A stretch of 61,813 nucleotides of DNA, filler included, from 4 parts of 4 records of this genome joined end to end with filler, not necessarily neighbours in it, one strand, 5' to 3'. Shown: positions 39,567 through 50,771, counted from the first letter of the whole stretch. Program-made: numbers and translations. The notes: generated by a model from the letters alone, not told the origin.

Positions 39567-41501
39567 CTAGACATCTACTGCTTGGGCTTCGCCAACAAGT
39601 TTCCAGCGTTTGAGGATCCGTTCGTAAATCGCTTCCGGGGCGAGGCCGTAGGCTTTGCGGAGGATGTCGATACTGCTGCCGTGCTCGACGAATTTATCGG
39701 GCCAACCAATGCGTTCAACCGCAGTGAGAAGGTTCGATTCCTGAAGCGATTCGATCACCGCGCTGCCAAAGCCACCGGAGATCACGTGATCCTCCATGGT
39801 GACAACGAGTGAGGCCTTCTTGGCGTGGCTGTGCAGAAGCGAAGTATCGAGCGGTTTCGCAAACCGGGCGTTCACGACGCCTACCGAGAGGCCTTCGTCG
39901 TCGGCGAGTTTTTCGGCCAAATCGATGGCAAGAGGCAGCATCGGACCGAGCGCCCAAATTTGAATTTGCGAGCCCTCGCGCAGCACCTCGGCTTGACCGA
40001 AGGGAATGATCGCGGGTTTTTCCTTGATGGTTACACCGGTTCCCGCACCGCGTGGATAGCGAATGAACGCGGGACCGTTGTGCTGAAGCGAGGAGTGCAA
40101 CATATCGACGAGTTCGTCTTCATCCTTCGGTTGCATGACCACGGCATTGGGCACGCAACGCAGGTAGGAAAGATCGAATAGGCCGTGATGGGTCGGACCG
40201 TCATTGGCGGAGAGGCCAGCCCGATCCATGCAGAATGTTACCGGGAGGTTCTGCAGGCAGACATCATGGATGATCTGATCGTAGGCACGTTGCAGAAACG
40301 TGGAATAGATGCCGACGACGGGGCGAATGCCCTTGGTGGCGAGTCCGGCGGCGAAAAGCACGGCGTGTTCTTCGGCGATGCCAACATCGAAAAACTGCTC
40401 GGGCAGTGCTTCGGCCAGATGGCAAAGACCGGTGCCACTCGGCATCGCGCCGCTGATCCCGACAATGCGAGAATCCTGCTTCGCGAATCGCGTGAGCGTG
40501 TGGCCAAACACATCCTGATAAGCGGGAGCGCCACTCGGACCGGATTTGCGGCTTTCACCGGTTTCGGGATCGTAGGGGGCCGCGCCGTGAAATTTTTCGG
40601 GATGTTCGATCGCCGCATCGAGGCCTTTGCCTTTTTTGGTAATGACGTGGATGAGAATCGGCGTGTCGCAGTGCTTGGCGAATTCGAGATTCTTTTCGAG
40701 CTCCTCGATGTCGTGGCCGTCGATCGGGCCCATGTAGCGGAGCCCGTATTTTTCGAAGAGACTGGACTCCACGAAGAAGTCTTTGGTTTCACGTTTCCAT
40801 TTGTGGTAGACGCGATTCATATCCTGTCCGCCGGGGAGTCCTTTGAAGAACTTTTCCAGATCGTGATGCACCTTGTTATAAGTGGGATTGGTGCTCAGGC
40901 GATTGAGATACTTGGCCATCGCGCCGACGTTTTTGGCGATGGACCATTCATTGTCGTTGAGAATGACGATGAGTCGTTTGGTGGAGGCGACCACATTGTT
41001 GAGCGCTTCCATTGTGACACCGCAGGTAAACGCGGCGTCGCCGCAGACCGCGACGACATGCTCGTCCGTGCCGTGGAGATCTCGGGCCGTGGCCATACCT
41101 AATGCGGCGGAGAGGGCAGTGCCAGCGTGTCCCGCGCCAAATGCATCGTGTTCGCTTTCGCTCCGGTATAGAAAGCCGCTCGCACCACCGGTTTGACGCA
41201 ATTTGCGGAAAAACTCGCCGTGCCGACCGGTGAGCAGTTTGTGGACGTAACCTTGGTGAGCGACGTCGAAGACGAATTGGTCCTCCGGCGTCTTAAAAAT
41301 ACGATGGAGGGCGATGCAGAGCTCGACGACTCCAAGATTGGGGCCGACGTGTCCGCCGGTTGCAGAGGTGACGGCAATGATTTCGTCGCGGATTTCCTGG
41401 GCGAGCGCCGGGAGTTGTTCGGCGTCGAGTGCCTTAACATCCTCAGGGCCGGAAATGCGGTTGAGGAGGTTGGAGGGAGATGCGGAAGAAGAGTCGTTCA
41501 T
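39567..41501 (-). CDS. dxs: 1-deoxy-D-xylulose-5-phosphate synthase
   Basis: GGH.GPNLGVVEL, HQGYVHK, GAGHAGT, ILNDN, DVGIAEEHA, YSTFLQRAYDQ, DGPTHHG. Confidence 0.98.
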   Translation of the reverse strand: MNDSSSASPSNLLNRISGPEDVKALDAEQLPALAQEIRDEIIAVTSATGGHVGPNLGVVELCIALHRIFKTPEDQFVFDVAHQGYVHKLLTGRHGEFFRKLRQTGGASGFLYRSESEHDAFGAGHAGTALSAALGMATARDLHGTDEHVVAVCGDAAFTCGVTMEALNNVVASTKRLIVILNDNEWSIAKNVGAMAKYLNRLSTNPTYNKVHHDLEKFFKGLPGGQDMNRVYHKWKRETKDFFVESSLFEKYGLRYMGPIDGHDIEELEKNLEFAKHCDTPILIHVITKKGKGLDAAIEHPEKFHGAAPYDPETGESRKSGPSGAPAYQDVFGHTLTRFAKQDSRIVGISGAMPSGTGLCHLAEALPEQFFDVGIAEEHAVLFAAGLATKGIRPVVGIYSTFLQRAYDQIIHDVCLQNLPVTFCMDRAGLSANDGPTHHGLFDLSYLRCVPNAVVMQPKDEDELVDMLHSSLQHNGPAFIRYPRGAGTGVTIKEKPAIIPFGQAEVLREGSQIQIWALGPMLPLAIDLAEKLADDEGLSVGVVNARFAKPLDTSLLHSHAKKASLVVTMEDHVISGGFGSAVIESLQESNLLTAVERIGWPDKFVEHGSSIDILRKAYGLAPEAIYERILKRWKLVGEAQAVDV

Positions 41502-41528
41502 TAAGAGAATCGGCCAGCAGGACAAAGA

Positions 41529-41771
41529 TCAGTCTTCGTCGCCAGTCTCAAACTGAGAAAAAGTAATGCCGTCCTTGGATTTTTTTAATTCTTCGATCTT
41601 TAACTCGGCCGTTTTGAGGCGTGTTTCGCAGATTTTGAGAAGTTGGTTACCCTCTTCGAATTTGGCGAGAAGGTCAGCCAGGGGCACATCGCCGGTTTCC
41701 ATCGATTCGACGATGGTTTCGAGTTTGGTGAGGGCGTCCTCGAAGGAGGGTTGAGCATCTTTGGCTTTCAC
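41529..41771 (-). CDS. xseB: Exodeoxyribonuclease VII small subunit
   Basis: SFEDALTKLETIVESME.G..PL......FEEG..L...C...L..AE. Confidence 0.95.
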   Translation of the reverse strand: MKAKDAQPSFEDALTKLETIVESMETGDVPLADLLAKFEEGNQLLKICETRLKTAELKIEELKKSKDGITFSQFETGDED

Positions 41772-41852
41772 GCAGTCAGGATGGGAAGCATGTGAGGCAT
41801 TTCAATCAATCTTTGGACTCGCGACACAGGGAAATTCGCATGCACTAAGGGG

Positions 41853-43100
41853 ATGTCACCTGTGTTATGGATTGTCGCCGGATTGATTGTGCTGCGTTTG
41901 ATTGGCGAATGGATATTATCTGCCCTGAATCGGGCTGAAGTGCGGCGTCATGCCGATCAAGCACCGCCCGCGGTGGCCGCGATCATGGATGAGCCGACCT
42001 ACAAGAAGTCGGTATCCTACACTTTGGAACAATCCAAGTTCGGCCAACTGTCGGAGTTCTATGATACGTTGATCCTGATTCTGGTGGTGTTTGGCGGCGT
42101 TTTGCCATGGCTCTTCGGCCAGATCGTGAGTTGGGGGAGTCCGGATGCGGTGTGGAGTCGCACGTTGTTTATTTTAGTGATCGGTGTGCTGCTCTCGATC
42201 CCGTCGCTGCCTTTCGAATGGTGGGCCCAATTCCGACTGGAAGCAAAATACGGGTTCAACAAAAGCACGCCGGGTTTGTGGGTGAGCGATAAACTCAAAG
42301 GGCTCGTTCTGATGATGGTGCTCGGATTCGGTCTGCTGTGGTTGCTGCTTTCTCTGGTGAATTGGGTCGGCCAATCTTGGTGGCTGTGGGGCTTTGGCGT
42401 GCTGTTTGGCTTTCAACTGCTGATGCTGGTGCTCTATCCGAAACTGATTTTGCCGCTCTTTAACAAACTCACGCCGCTGCCCGCAGGCGAATTGCGGGAC
42501 CGCTTGCTGGCTTTGGGCGAGCGCACGGGTTTCAAAGCCCAGGCGATTCAGGTGATGGATGGCTCGAAACGTTCGGGGCACTCCAATGCCTTTTTCACCG
42601 GCTTCGGTCGATTTCGCCGCATCGTGTTGTTCGATACGCTGATGAATCAATTGAGCGAAGAGGAACTTGAGGCCGTGCTCGCGCATGAGATCGGTCATTA
42701 TCGTCGCGGACATATTCCCAAGATGCTGCTGGTTTCTGCTGCGACGCAACTGGGCGGTTTCGCCCTTATCGCGTGGTTGGCGAACAGCACGTGGTTTAAT
42801 CCGGCATTCGGTCTGCCTTTGGGGGAGATTGCGCCGTCGCTCCTGTTGTTCGGCTTGTTGAGCGGGCTGGTGACGTTTTGGTTTTCGCCGATTGGTAATC
42901 TGTTTTCCCGCAAACATGAATATGAGGCTGATGCCTTTGCCCGCGAGGCCATGCAGAGCGCGACTCCTTTACTCGGTGCACTCCGCAAACTCGCGCAAAA
43001 AAATCTCAGTAATCTGACACCGCATCCGTGGTTCAGCGCATTTTACTATTCTCATCCCACTCTGGTAGAGCGTGAAAGGGCGCTGCTCAACGTGTCATGA
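41853..43100 (+). CDS. M48 (Ste24/CAAX-like) membrane metalloprotease
   Basis: DGSKRS.H.NAFFTGFG..RRIVLFDTL, HEIGH, EYEAD, YSHP. Confidence 0.95.
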   Translation: MSPVLWIVAGLIVLRLIGEWILSALNRAEVRRHADQAPPAVAAIMDEPTYKKSVSYTLEQSKFGQLSEFYDTLILILVVFGGVLPWLFGQIVSWGSPDAVWSRTLFILVIGVLLSIPSLPFEWWAQFRLEAKYGFNKSTPGLWVSDKLKGLVLMMVLGFGLLWLLLSLVNWVGQSWWLWGFGVLFGFQLLMLVLYPKLILPLFNKLTPLPAGELRDRLLALGERTGFKAQAIQVMDGSKRSGHSNAFFTGFGRFRRIVLFDTLMNQLSEEELEAVLAHEIGHYRRGHIPKMLLVSAATQLGGFALIAWLANSTWFNPAFGLPLGEIAPSLLLFGLLSGLVTFWFSPIGNLFSRKHEYEADAFAREAMQSATPLLGALRKLAQKNLSNLTPHPWFSAFYYSHPTLVERERALLNVS

Positions 43101-43101
43101 T

Positions 43102-43992
43102 ATGAACCGTTGGCTCGCAGGGTTGGTATTTGGTGGAGCGGTCATCGCCGCTTCAGCAACCGAGCTAACCCTGGCGACCTACAATGTAGAAAACTACACC
43201 GCGACGAACCGGATGACGGCGGTGGGGTATCGTCAGGAATATCCGAAGTCGGAGAAATCGAAGGCTGCCTTGCGCGAAGTAATCAAGCGCATGGATGCCG
43301 ATATCCTTGTGCTGCAGGAAATGGGACCGCGTCCTTACTTGGATGAACTGCAACGCGACTTGCAGAGCGAGGGAGTGGATTACCCTTTTTCATTTTTAGC
43401 CGAGGCGAGTGACACGGTGCGCCACGTGGCGTTGTTGTCGAAAGAGCCACTCCTTCAGGTGAAGGCGCACACGCATTTGAATTTCAAATATTTTGAAACA
43501 CGCGAAATCGTAAAACGCGGTTTGCTCGAAGCGACGATCGCGACATCTGCGGGTGAAGTTACGCTGTGGTCAGTCCATCTGAAAAGTCGCTACGAAGTTC
43601 GAAAAGACGACCCCGATTCGGTGAAACGTCGGGCCGGAGAAGCGACGGCGATCCGAAACTTTATTCTCAAACAGTTTCCCGATCCGCAAACCGCACGATT
43701 TCTCATCATGGGTGATTTCAATGATGTGAAGCGCAGTGCCTCTGTCCGTTATATGAAGAAGCGGGGAAAGTTGATTATTACGAAATTACTGCCCGCCAAA
43801 GACTCAAGGGGCGATCATTGGACATACCATTACCAGCGCACCGATACCTATTCACGTGTCGATCACGCGCTCGTGTCACCGGGGCTCTATGATTCGGTGA
43901 AGGGGAAGGAAGCCACCATTTTTGATGGTGAGGACGTCGAGGCGGCCAGCGATCACCGGCCTGTGATGGTGATACTGGAATTTGACGAATGA
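43102..43992 (+). CDS. Exported endonuclease/exonuclease/phosphatase-family protein
   Basis: Signal peptide; TYNVEN, LQE, HLKS, GDFND, DH, ASDHRPV. Confidence 0.9.
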   Translation: MNRWLAGLVFGGAVIAASATELTLATYNVENYTATNRMTAVGYRQEYPKSEKSKAALREVIKRMDADILVLQEMGPRPYLDELQRDLQSEGVDYPFSFLAEASDTVRHVALLSKEPLLQVKAHTHLNFKYFETREIVKRGLLEATIATSAGEVTLWSVHLKSRYEVRKDDPDSVKRRAGEATAIRNFILKQFPDPQTARFLIMGDFNDVKRSASVRYMKKRGKLIITKLLPAKDSRGDHWTYHYQRTDTYSRVDHALVSPGLYDSVKGKEATIFDGEDVEAASDHRPVMVILEFDE

Positions 43993-43993
43993 G

Positions 43994-44057
43994 AATCGCG
44001 GCATCAAGCCGCTCCTACATTTCTATTCAGGTGTAGGATCGGCTTGATGCCGCGATT
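43994..44057. repeat. Inverted REP pair, 26-bp arms
   Basis: AATCGCGGCATCAAGCCGCTCCTACA / TGTAGGATCGGCTTGATGCCGCGATT with one mismatch. Confidence 0.8.
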
Positions 44058-44121
44058 GAAAACAAGGCACGCTTACCACCGAGGCCAGCAATCTAAAAGC
44101 GGCGAAAGGGTCAGAATTACA

Positions 44122-44196
44122 GTAGATCGCCTTGTCCCAAGACACCTTTTGCTCGTGCGGAGATTCAATTGCGCGTTGAGGACAACGCCGCACCAC
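44122..44196. repeat. Second, degenerate REP doublet
   Basis: GTAGATCGCCTTGTCCCAAGACACC ... GCGCGTTGAGGACAACGCCGCACCAC. Confidence 0.55.
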
Positions 44197-44213
44197 CTTG
44201 CGATTACTGATCC

Positions 44214-44852
44214 TCAACGCCCCGCGCAAATCCACCACAGTGCGGAGGCGATCAGACCGACGAAGAGTCCCTGACGGAGGCGATAGACGCAGTTTCCGTT
44301 GGTAGGCATATTCGAATAGGCGAGATCGTGGTGCCAAAGGTAGCGTTGGAAATTGCTCCAAGCGTATCCACCGCTGGTGAACAAGATGGAGTAGATATGG
44401 CGAACGTCCTCCATATTGGGCGGGCGACGGTATTTAATAATCGAATGCGGGGTGAACTGTTTCCTGGCGCAACGGTTCAATAGAGAGAAAGGCACGGTGA
44501 TGGCTTTGTCGGGCGTTCCTTCGACCGGGAGATCAGACCATTGCCAATTTTTGAAGGTGCGTGCGGAAAATCCTTCGAAGGTATTTGATTGGCAGAGTTG
44601 AAAAACGTCCGCCGTGTTGAGGGCGCGTCCATCAGGGTGAAAGACCCCAATCACGACTTGCTGCGGATCGACGTAAAGCCAGCGGTTTTGTTCTTCGAGA
44701 TAGGATTCCGCCCAGGAATGCCCATCGTGGATGAAGACATTGCTTTGGACGGTGCCGCAGTAAACAAAGCGGGTGGCGACGCCGGCCCGATTGGCCAGGT
44801 AAGTGTAGATCTGTGCGTTTTGCGTGCACCAGCCCTTGCCCTGACCGTGACG
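44214..44852 (-). CDS. Transglutaminase-like domain protein, 5'-truncated
   Basis: Hand translation from contig edge: GWCTQNA...RAGVATR...HSWAESY...WLYVDP (Cys-His-Asp triad); C-terminal TM. Confidence 0.85.
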   Translation of the reverse strand, partial: RHGQGKGWCTQNAQIYTYLANRAGVATRFVYCGTVQSNVFIHDGHSWAESYLEEQNRWLYVDPQQVVIGVFHPDGRALNTADVFQLCQSNTFEGFSARTFKNWQWSDLPVEGTPDKAITVPFSLLNRCARKQFTPHSIIKYRRPPNMEDVRHIYSILFTSGGYAWSNFQRYLWHHDLAYSNMPTNGNCVYRLRQGLFVGLIASALWWICAGR

Positions 44853-44952
44853 NNNNNNNNNNNNNNNNNNNNNNNNNNNNNNNNNNNNNNNNNNNNTTAA
44901 TTAATTAANNNNNNNNNNNNNNNNNNNNNNNNNNNNNNNNNNNNNNNNNNNN
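44853..44952. other. Artificial contig linker
   Basis: N44-TTAATTAATTAA-N44. Confidence 0.99.
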
Positions 44953-45066
44953 GCACAGCCCCCGTACCACTGCGCGCACAGCGCAGGGTCGAGGTGTAAG
45001 TTGAAAACGGTCAATGACAAGTATGGAGGATGAGAAGACTTTGACAATAGCAAGAGGCAAGCCGGA

Positions 45067-47967
45067 ATGCTGCGGCCAGGACTGGTTTTGCTCTTCGTTT
45101 CTGCTGTGCTTGGTGTTGACACTCACCTTCGGGCCGATCCCGGGGTAACTGTGGAACCTGACTCCCCAGACCACGGCCTCAACATGAAGATATCCGAAGA
45201 CATGTTTTATGGACTGGATAGCGATGATGAAGGCGATGATGAAGGCAGCTTCCGTCCTGGAGGAACGATCGTTCACACGAAACCACCGCCGTTTGGTGAT
45301 AGTGGGCTTCTCGATGACGCTGATGATGATGGGGAGACAAAAGGGCCCGGGGCATATGACTACTCCGCGGACTCCGACTCCGACTTTGATGACGAGAACA
45401 GATCCGAATACTCCGACTACGACTTGTACTCCGGCGTTTATCACGTTGGTGGCGACAAGGAGGAGGAGTCTTACGATGCAGACGACTCCTCCGATTTCAG
45501 TGATGAGTTGGCCTCCGTACCGAGCGATACAGATGATGATATCCTTACTGCCATGCCCAGTGAACTGAGGGAGCAATATGCACAGATTGAAAGTGATATG
45601 ATGGTGGTGACCAAGGATATGATCAAGTCAGCAGTGGAATCTGCTGCATTTGACCATAACGTTGAGGTGAAGAGGCTCCAATCTCTGGTCCATGTTGCGT
45701 TCATGTGGGGCCGACTCGACCACCTGGTACAAATGTTGGAGGCTTGCTACCAACAAGGATCCGTGATTTGGGTAGATGCCAAGACCGGCGGCCTCGGTGA
45801 CGTTCTCAGCTACCTGGCTAGGAAAGTTCACCGGCTGAACGTTGTCAGACACAAACTCTTTTTCACGCACGATTACACCACTGATCCCACTGCTCTGGAA
45901 GAGATCCGTAACAGGTTGTCTGGAAAACTTGTCATTTTGATGGATGAAGTCATGACAAAGAAAGCGCGTACCGACGGTGACTTCAGAGAGACCATCTTGC
46001 GACTTACGGGTGGAGATGGTAAGCCTATCGCAAAGATGGTTGCCCCCATGGGATGGCTGGCGATGAACGCTTTCACGATTCTTCAATACAAGGAGCGAAT
46101 TAACTTCTTGGCTTTGATGCTTAAAAGGAAGGGGGAGCGCGCCTCTAGCTTGTTCAACGCGGTCACTGTGGATATCATGATGACTGGTGAGAATACCTAT
46201 CACCACAAGACTGTCCGGAGAGTGTACGGGGAGGACTATGACCGCATGGATAAGGCAACGAAGGCGATGCTGGTGGAAGACTATCAGAATGGATTCCTCC
46301 TATCAGACGACTTTGACATTCTTATCGCTGATTGGTGCAAGATGCTCGGGTTGGAAACCGTGAGGCCAATGACTTTTTCTCGTGAGGTACCTAGGGAAGA
46401 GAGAATGGGCCTTGCGACTCGGCCTTACGAGACTCTGGCCAGTCTAATTCGGCCCAAGATTCCCTCTGAACATTCGTACATGGCATCCTTGATTGAATTG
46501 TATGAATGCAAGAAGGAAGATGACATGGTGGAATCGTTGCAGAAGGATGGATTATTTTTGAGTATGGCGCGGTTAGCCGTTTTTTCCAAGACTATCCGCG
46601 CGTCAATGGATAGAGAATCCGAGCAACCCACGCACTATTACCTTCCGACAGAGGCCGGTCAACCTAAGAGCTACACGATGGCTGCAATGGTATATCAGAT
46701 GGCCAACCCCGACATGGACATCACGAACAAGATTGTCTCACACTCGGAACTTGCGACCATTCTCCGTGTGAACGCAGGGAGCCGCCGGAAATTCAAGATC
46801 ATGGTGTTGGACGATTATGCAGGATCAGGTCAATCACTGATCGAGGTCGCCATCGATATCTACAAGCTTGCAATGGACGCCATGATGGGGATGAGCGAGT
46901 TTGAGGTTGTTGTCGCCCCTATGGTTGAATCCGAACTGGCGTCGCGTAAGTTCAAGGCCGCCAATGTTCGATCCGTTCCCGGCCATTCTGTTGTCTCCCT
47001 GGTTGCACGCGGAGACAGAGTTCAAGCCTGGATGGGTGGACCCGGTTTCAGTGGCGGATACTACTGTGAGTATGGGTGTGTTTTCTGTTTAACTTGATCT
47101 AACGGCACCGTTCTCTTTGCAGTCATTACAATGCCATACATGAGGTAAGTCACGCAACTGTCTCGTGTTGACTGCTTCGACTCACTCTGTTTACAGCCCG
47201 GACAACAATTGCTGGGCGGCTAGTCATGTGATTGCTCCGCTATTCGTTTTGGACAGGAAGGGTGTGAAAGAATCTGGGACACACCCCCCGCAGTGCTCGC
47301 CCCTTACTGGAATCGCGCTGTTGATGGGAGAAGCTTTGAATAGGCACGAGACCGAAAATAGAGGAAATCCGAACATTGCCAAGGAGAAGGACAAGACGTC
47401 TAGTGATATTCTTGCGCTTATGAACTACCCACAGATGGTCAGGAATCCGGCGTGGTAAGTGGGCTGCGTGGCGTGCGGTGTCTTTTATGCAATCGCTGAC
47501 TTATCTGCGGCAGTTTTGGCTTTGTCATGCAATATTACTGCAAGATGGATAGCAAAAACAACGCACATCGTGGAAAATGGGAAAAGAGGGGTTCCGCGGT
47601 GAGCTTTGCCGATATGTCGCTTCATCTTGTGAAGGGCAGCTGGAGCGCCGATCACATTGGGAAGGAGAAGCCCTCTGCTCAATGTGCGGAGTTCGCGCTC
47701 TCGATGGCACAGAAGCATGAGATTCTGGAGAAAGCTACGCTGCGGGCGCGAGGCGGTTCAGGCAGTGCTTTCAGGTTGGCAGATATGCTCTACCCTGAGC
47801 TGTGCCAGTCGATCATGGGCCCCGACGCCTGGCAACCGGCAGTGTACGCCCGCGATTCTGTTGGGAACACTGGTATGTTTGGCTTCGACTCGTCTGCTTT
47901 TGTTCCTGAGAAGCGCCCCGCGGCATTGCCTGCGACACTCGGTAAATACGAAGGCACCGAGGTATAA
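45067..47967 (+). CDS. Eukaryotic spliced gene: secreted protein with acidic N-terminus and PRTase-like domain; join(45067-47065,47123-47144,47197-47454,47514-47967), about 910 aa
   Basis: Signal peptide; KIMVLDDYAGSGQS; introns GTGAGT..GCAG (57 nt), GTAAGT..ACAG (52 nt), GTAAGT..GCAG (59 nt) join three ORF-track fragments in frame; 3' end uncertain (possible further intron 47942-47985). Confidence 0.8.
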
Positions 47968-48822
47968 GCAATGAGCCCCGGTTAGACCCCGATATCCAGG
48001 GCAGGCTCGGACTTACACGCAAACTTGTGTCTGAATGATGTCGATGCCTCGACCCGCTGTCTTCAGATGACGGCGAAGGGCTGCCTTTCAGTGAGCGCGC
48101 CACGCCATTTGAGATCATGTCGCTTTTCAGTGTGGTACAGAACCACGTATGGACTCGATGGGAGATGAATCATGATGACGGATGGATGGTTTCCGTTCAA
48201 GTTTGAGTAAACATCTCAATCAGCCAAGCAATAATGATGGTTGCGTATCGCCGGTATGGCTGTTGGGCCGCCGAGTGGGCACACTCCGCGGCCTTCGGCC
48301 CTCATTGCTGTCGGAACTTCCCGCACCGCCTCAGTGGACCAGAAGTTCCGATCCAATCAATAAATCCGAACCGCCACCGCAGGCTGCCCTCAGCGTCGGT
48401 CCGGCGTGGGCCCGAGCCGCTGGAGTGGGATGATCGGGTCAGGCACCGCGGGCCGCGCAAGTGGCGGGCCAAGGGGCCCGGCGGGCGGGCTGAGCGGCTT
48501 CACGAAACGCTCGGGGCTCACCCCCCGCCCCCCTCCGCGCCCCCCGGCACCACTGACCCGTTGAGCGGACCTCGTGTCCCGCCGGCCCGCCGTCAGTCGT
48601 CAGTCGTGAGCCCTGGTGAGTGACTGACAAGGAGGCCTGTCAGGCAGCACGGGGTGCCCGGGCCAACGCCGGCCGACCTGAACTCCTCCACTGGGCTCGG
48701 ACAGTGCAGTTCATAGCTGAGGGCGTGGCCCGACCTGCGCAGAAGAGTCACAGAGTGGATAAAATATGGATATAATATATATTGTTGTGGTGAGGTTGTT
48801 CATAAGTCTCTAAAGAAAAATC

Positions 48823-49929
48823 ATGTCTGACAAACCCCTTGTTGTAATCACTGGTGTGACGGGTTATCTCGGATCTGTCACCTGCTTGACCTTCCTAAAG
48901 GAGGGGGCTTACCACATTCGAGGAACCGTGCGAGACAAGAACAACGAGTCCAAGATCGGCCCCTTGCGTCACGGCTTTGGAGAGTAAGTTTCGGGCCACT
49001 GAACTGGCCACTATACCATGGTGCCTCTGACTGTGTCTCTGTAGATATTTCAACCAGCTTGAGCTGGTAGAGGCGGACCTCAACAATGAGCAATCGCTCT
49101 CTGCCGCTTGCAAGGGAGCTACCTATGTGATTCACACGGCGTCTCCGTTCCACTTTAAGGGGGACTGCGTAGGCCCAGCGGTGGCTGGCACCAACGCAGT
49201 CATGAAGGCTTGTACTGAACACCAGGTTAAGATGTGTGTTATTACATCATCTTGTGCCGCTATCCAGGGCATGGCCAAGGCTGACGCGCCCAAGCCCCCC
49301 GCAATGTACGATGAGTCGTGCTGGAGCAATCCTGATCGTCCGGAGGGGCTCATTGATTACATGAAGAGCAAGACGCTTGCTGAGAAGGCAGCGTGGGATT
49401 ACCAGAAGGCCAACCCTGGCTTTGATATTGTCACCATCAACCCTTGCTTTATCATGGGCCCGTCCCCGTCGGTTGGCGACGGTTTTTCTGTAGGATGGAT
49501 ATCGCAAATTCTTAATGGAAGCAAAAGTGAGGTTGCCCGTGGTACTAGTGGCTTTGTCGACGTGCGTGACGTCGCCCTTGCCCATCTCAAGGCTATTCAG
49601 GTGCATTACATGACCATATTGTTACATTTATCGGGGCGTCTGATATATATTTTTAGATCCCAGAAGCCAAGAACAAGCGGTTTATTCTCTATAACGTGAG
49701 AACTCCCATGCCCGATGTGTACAAGTGGTTATCAGCTTTCAATGACAAGGGGATGAAAGTGCCAACCAAGTTGGCGGACGGCAGTGACGATGGCGGAGAC
49801 CTAATTGACAATACGCGGTCCCGTGAGGTGCTGAAGATTGACTACACGCCTATGGAGAAAACCTTTAGGGATCATGCAGAGCAACTGATCGCAGATGGAC
49901 TGGTGAAGATGGCATCGAGTAGCCTGTAA
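48823..49929 (+). CDS. Eukaryotic spliced NAD(P)H-dependent reductase (dihydroflavonol-reductase-like extended SDR); join(48823-48983,49045-49600,49657-49929), 329 aa
   Basis: ITGVTGYLGS, RGTVR, VIHTASPF, TSS.AA, YMKSKTLAEKAAW, VDVRDVA.AH; introns 48984-49044 and 49601-49656 restore the frame. Confidence 0.92.
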
Positions 49930-49959
49930 ATAAGAGTCTTTTGGAGGAGGTTTTGGCAT

Positions 49960-50449
49960 TTATTGTAATCCTTGTTGGGGGCGGAGGCAAAACTCTTCAT
50001 CTATCTCGCCGCTAGCAGGACCGATACCGAAGACGCATCTCACTATACCTAATGCACCTCGATCGATGTTCCCCACAGTTACCTCAGGTCCTCCGCCCAA
50101 ACACTTGACCTGAAAAAGGGGAAGAACACGATTGCAAGCGGGCCTCAAGTCGAATACAGCGAGGTTCACAGCTGGAGCGAGGATATTAGTGAGAAGACAA
50201 CGCCACGTGATGACTGATTCATACTGATGGCGCCACTGATCAAGAATGCTAGGATGGCCGCATGAAGTACACTAGAATCGGCGGGAATATGCGATTGGCC
50301 CCAAGCAGATGGCAAGGTGAATGCTGTGCCGTTGTGGCGTACTGGATGCGTCGCCTTGGCACATCTCAATGATTGTTCGGCCTAAGCCGGATTTCAGTTC
50401 TATAGGGGCAAGTCAAGCAGTACTGAACATAGCTAGCATCAGTGATTCG
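49960..50449 (-). CDS. Possible 3' exons of a third eukaryotic gene, truncated by contig end
   Basis: Open frame 50166-50369 with a hydrophobic stretch; polypyrimidine acceptor CCCCTTTTTCAG near 50110; structure unresolved. Confidence 0.3.
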
Positions 50450-50549
50450 NNNNNNNNNNNNNNNNNNNNNNNNNNNNNNNNNNNNNNNNNNNNTTAATTA
50501 ATTAANNNNNNNNNNNNNNNNNNNNNNNNNNNNNNNNNNNNNNNNNNNN
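50450..50549. other. Artificial contig linker
   Basis: N44-TTAATTAATTAA-N44. Confidence 0.99.
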
Positions 50550-50771
50550 GCTGGTGATGCCGATATGGTTCATGATTTCGCCCGCCAGAATAAAGAACGG
50601 CATGGCAAGAAACGGGAATACGTTCAGACCGTTAAAGACCTTGCTGGGCCCCTGAACAAGGAACATGCCCCCGCCCATGTCATAAAGGCCAATCACCCCG
50701 GCAACGCCAAGGGCAAAACCAATCGGCATGCCCAGAACCATCAGAACGACAAAAGCAATACCGACGATCAT
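50550..50771 (-). CDS. TRAP transporter large permease (DctM), N-terminal fragment
   Basis: LGMPIGFALG, FPFLAMPFFILAGEIM. Confidence 0.92.

Noticed and set aside
44023-44361. 112 aa minus-strand ORF
   Set aside because: Overlaps the transglutaminase-like gene out of frame and runs through REP elements
47165-47967. Separate small genes 47165-47458 and 47527-47967 (likewise 49127-49699 and 49696-49929)
   Set aside because: They are exons joined in frame by canonical GT-AG introns, not bacterial genes or pseudogene fragments
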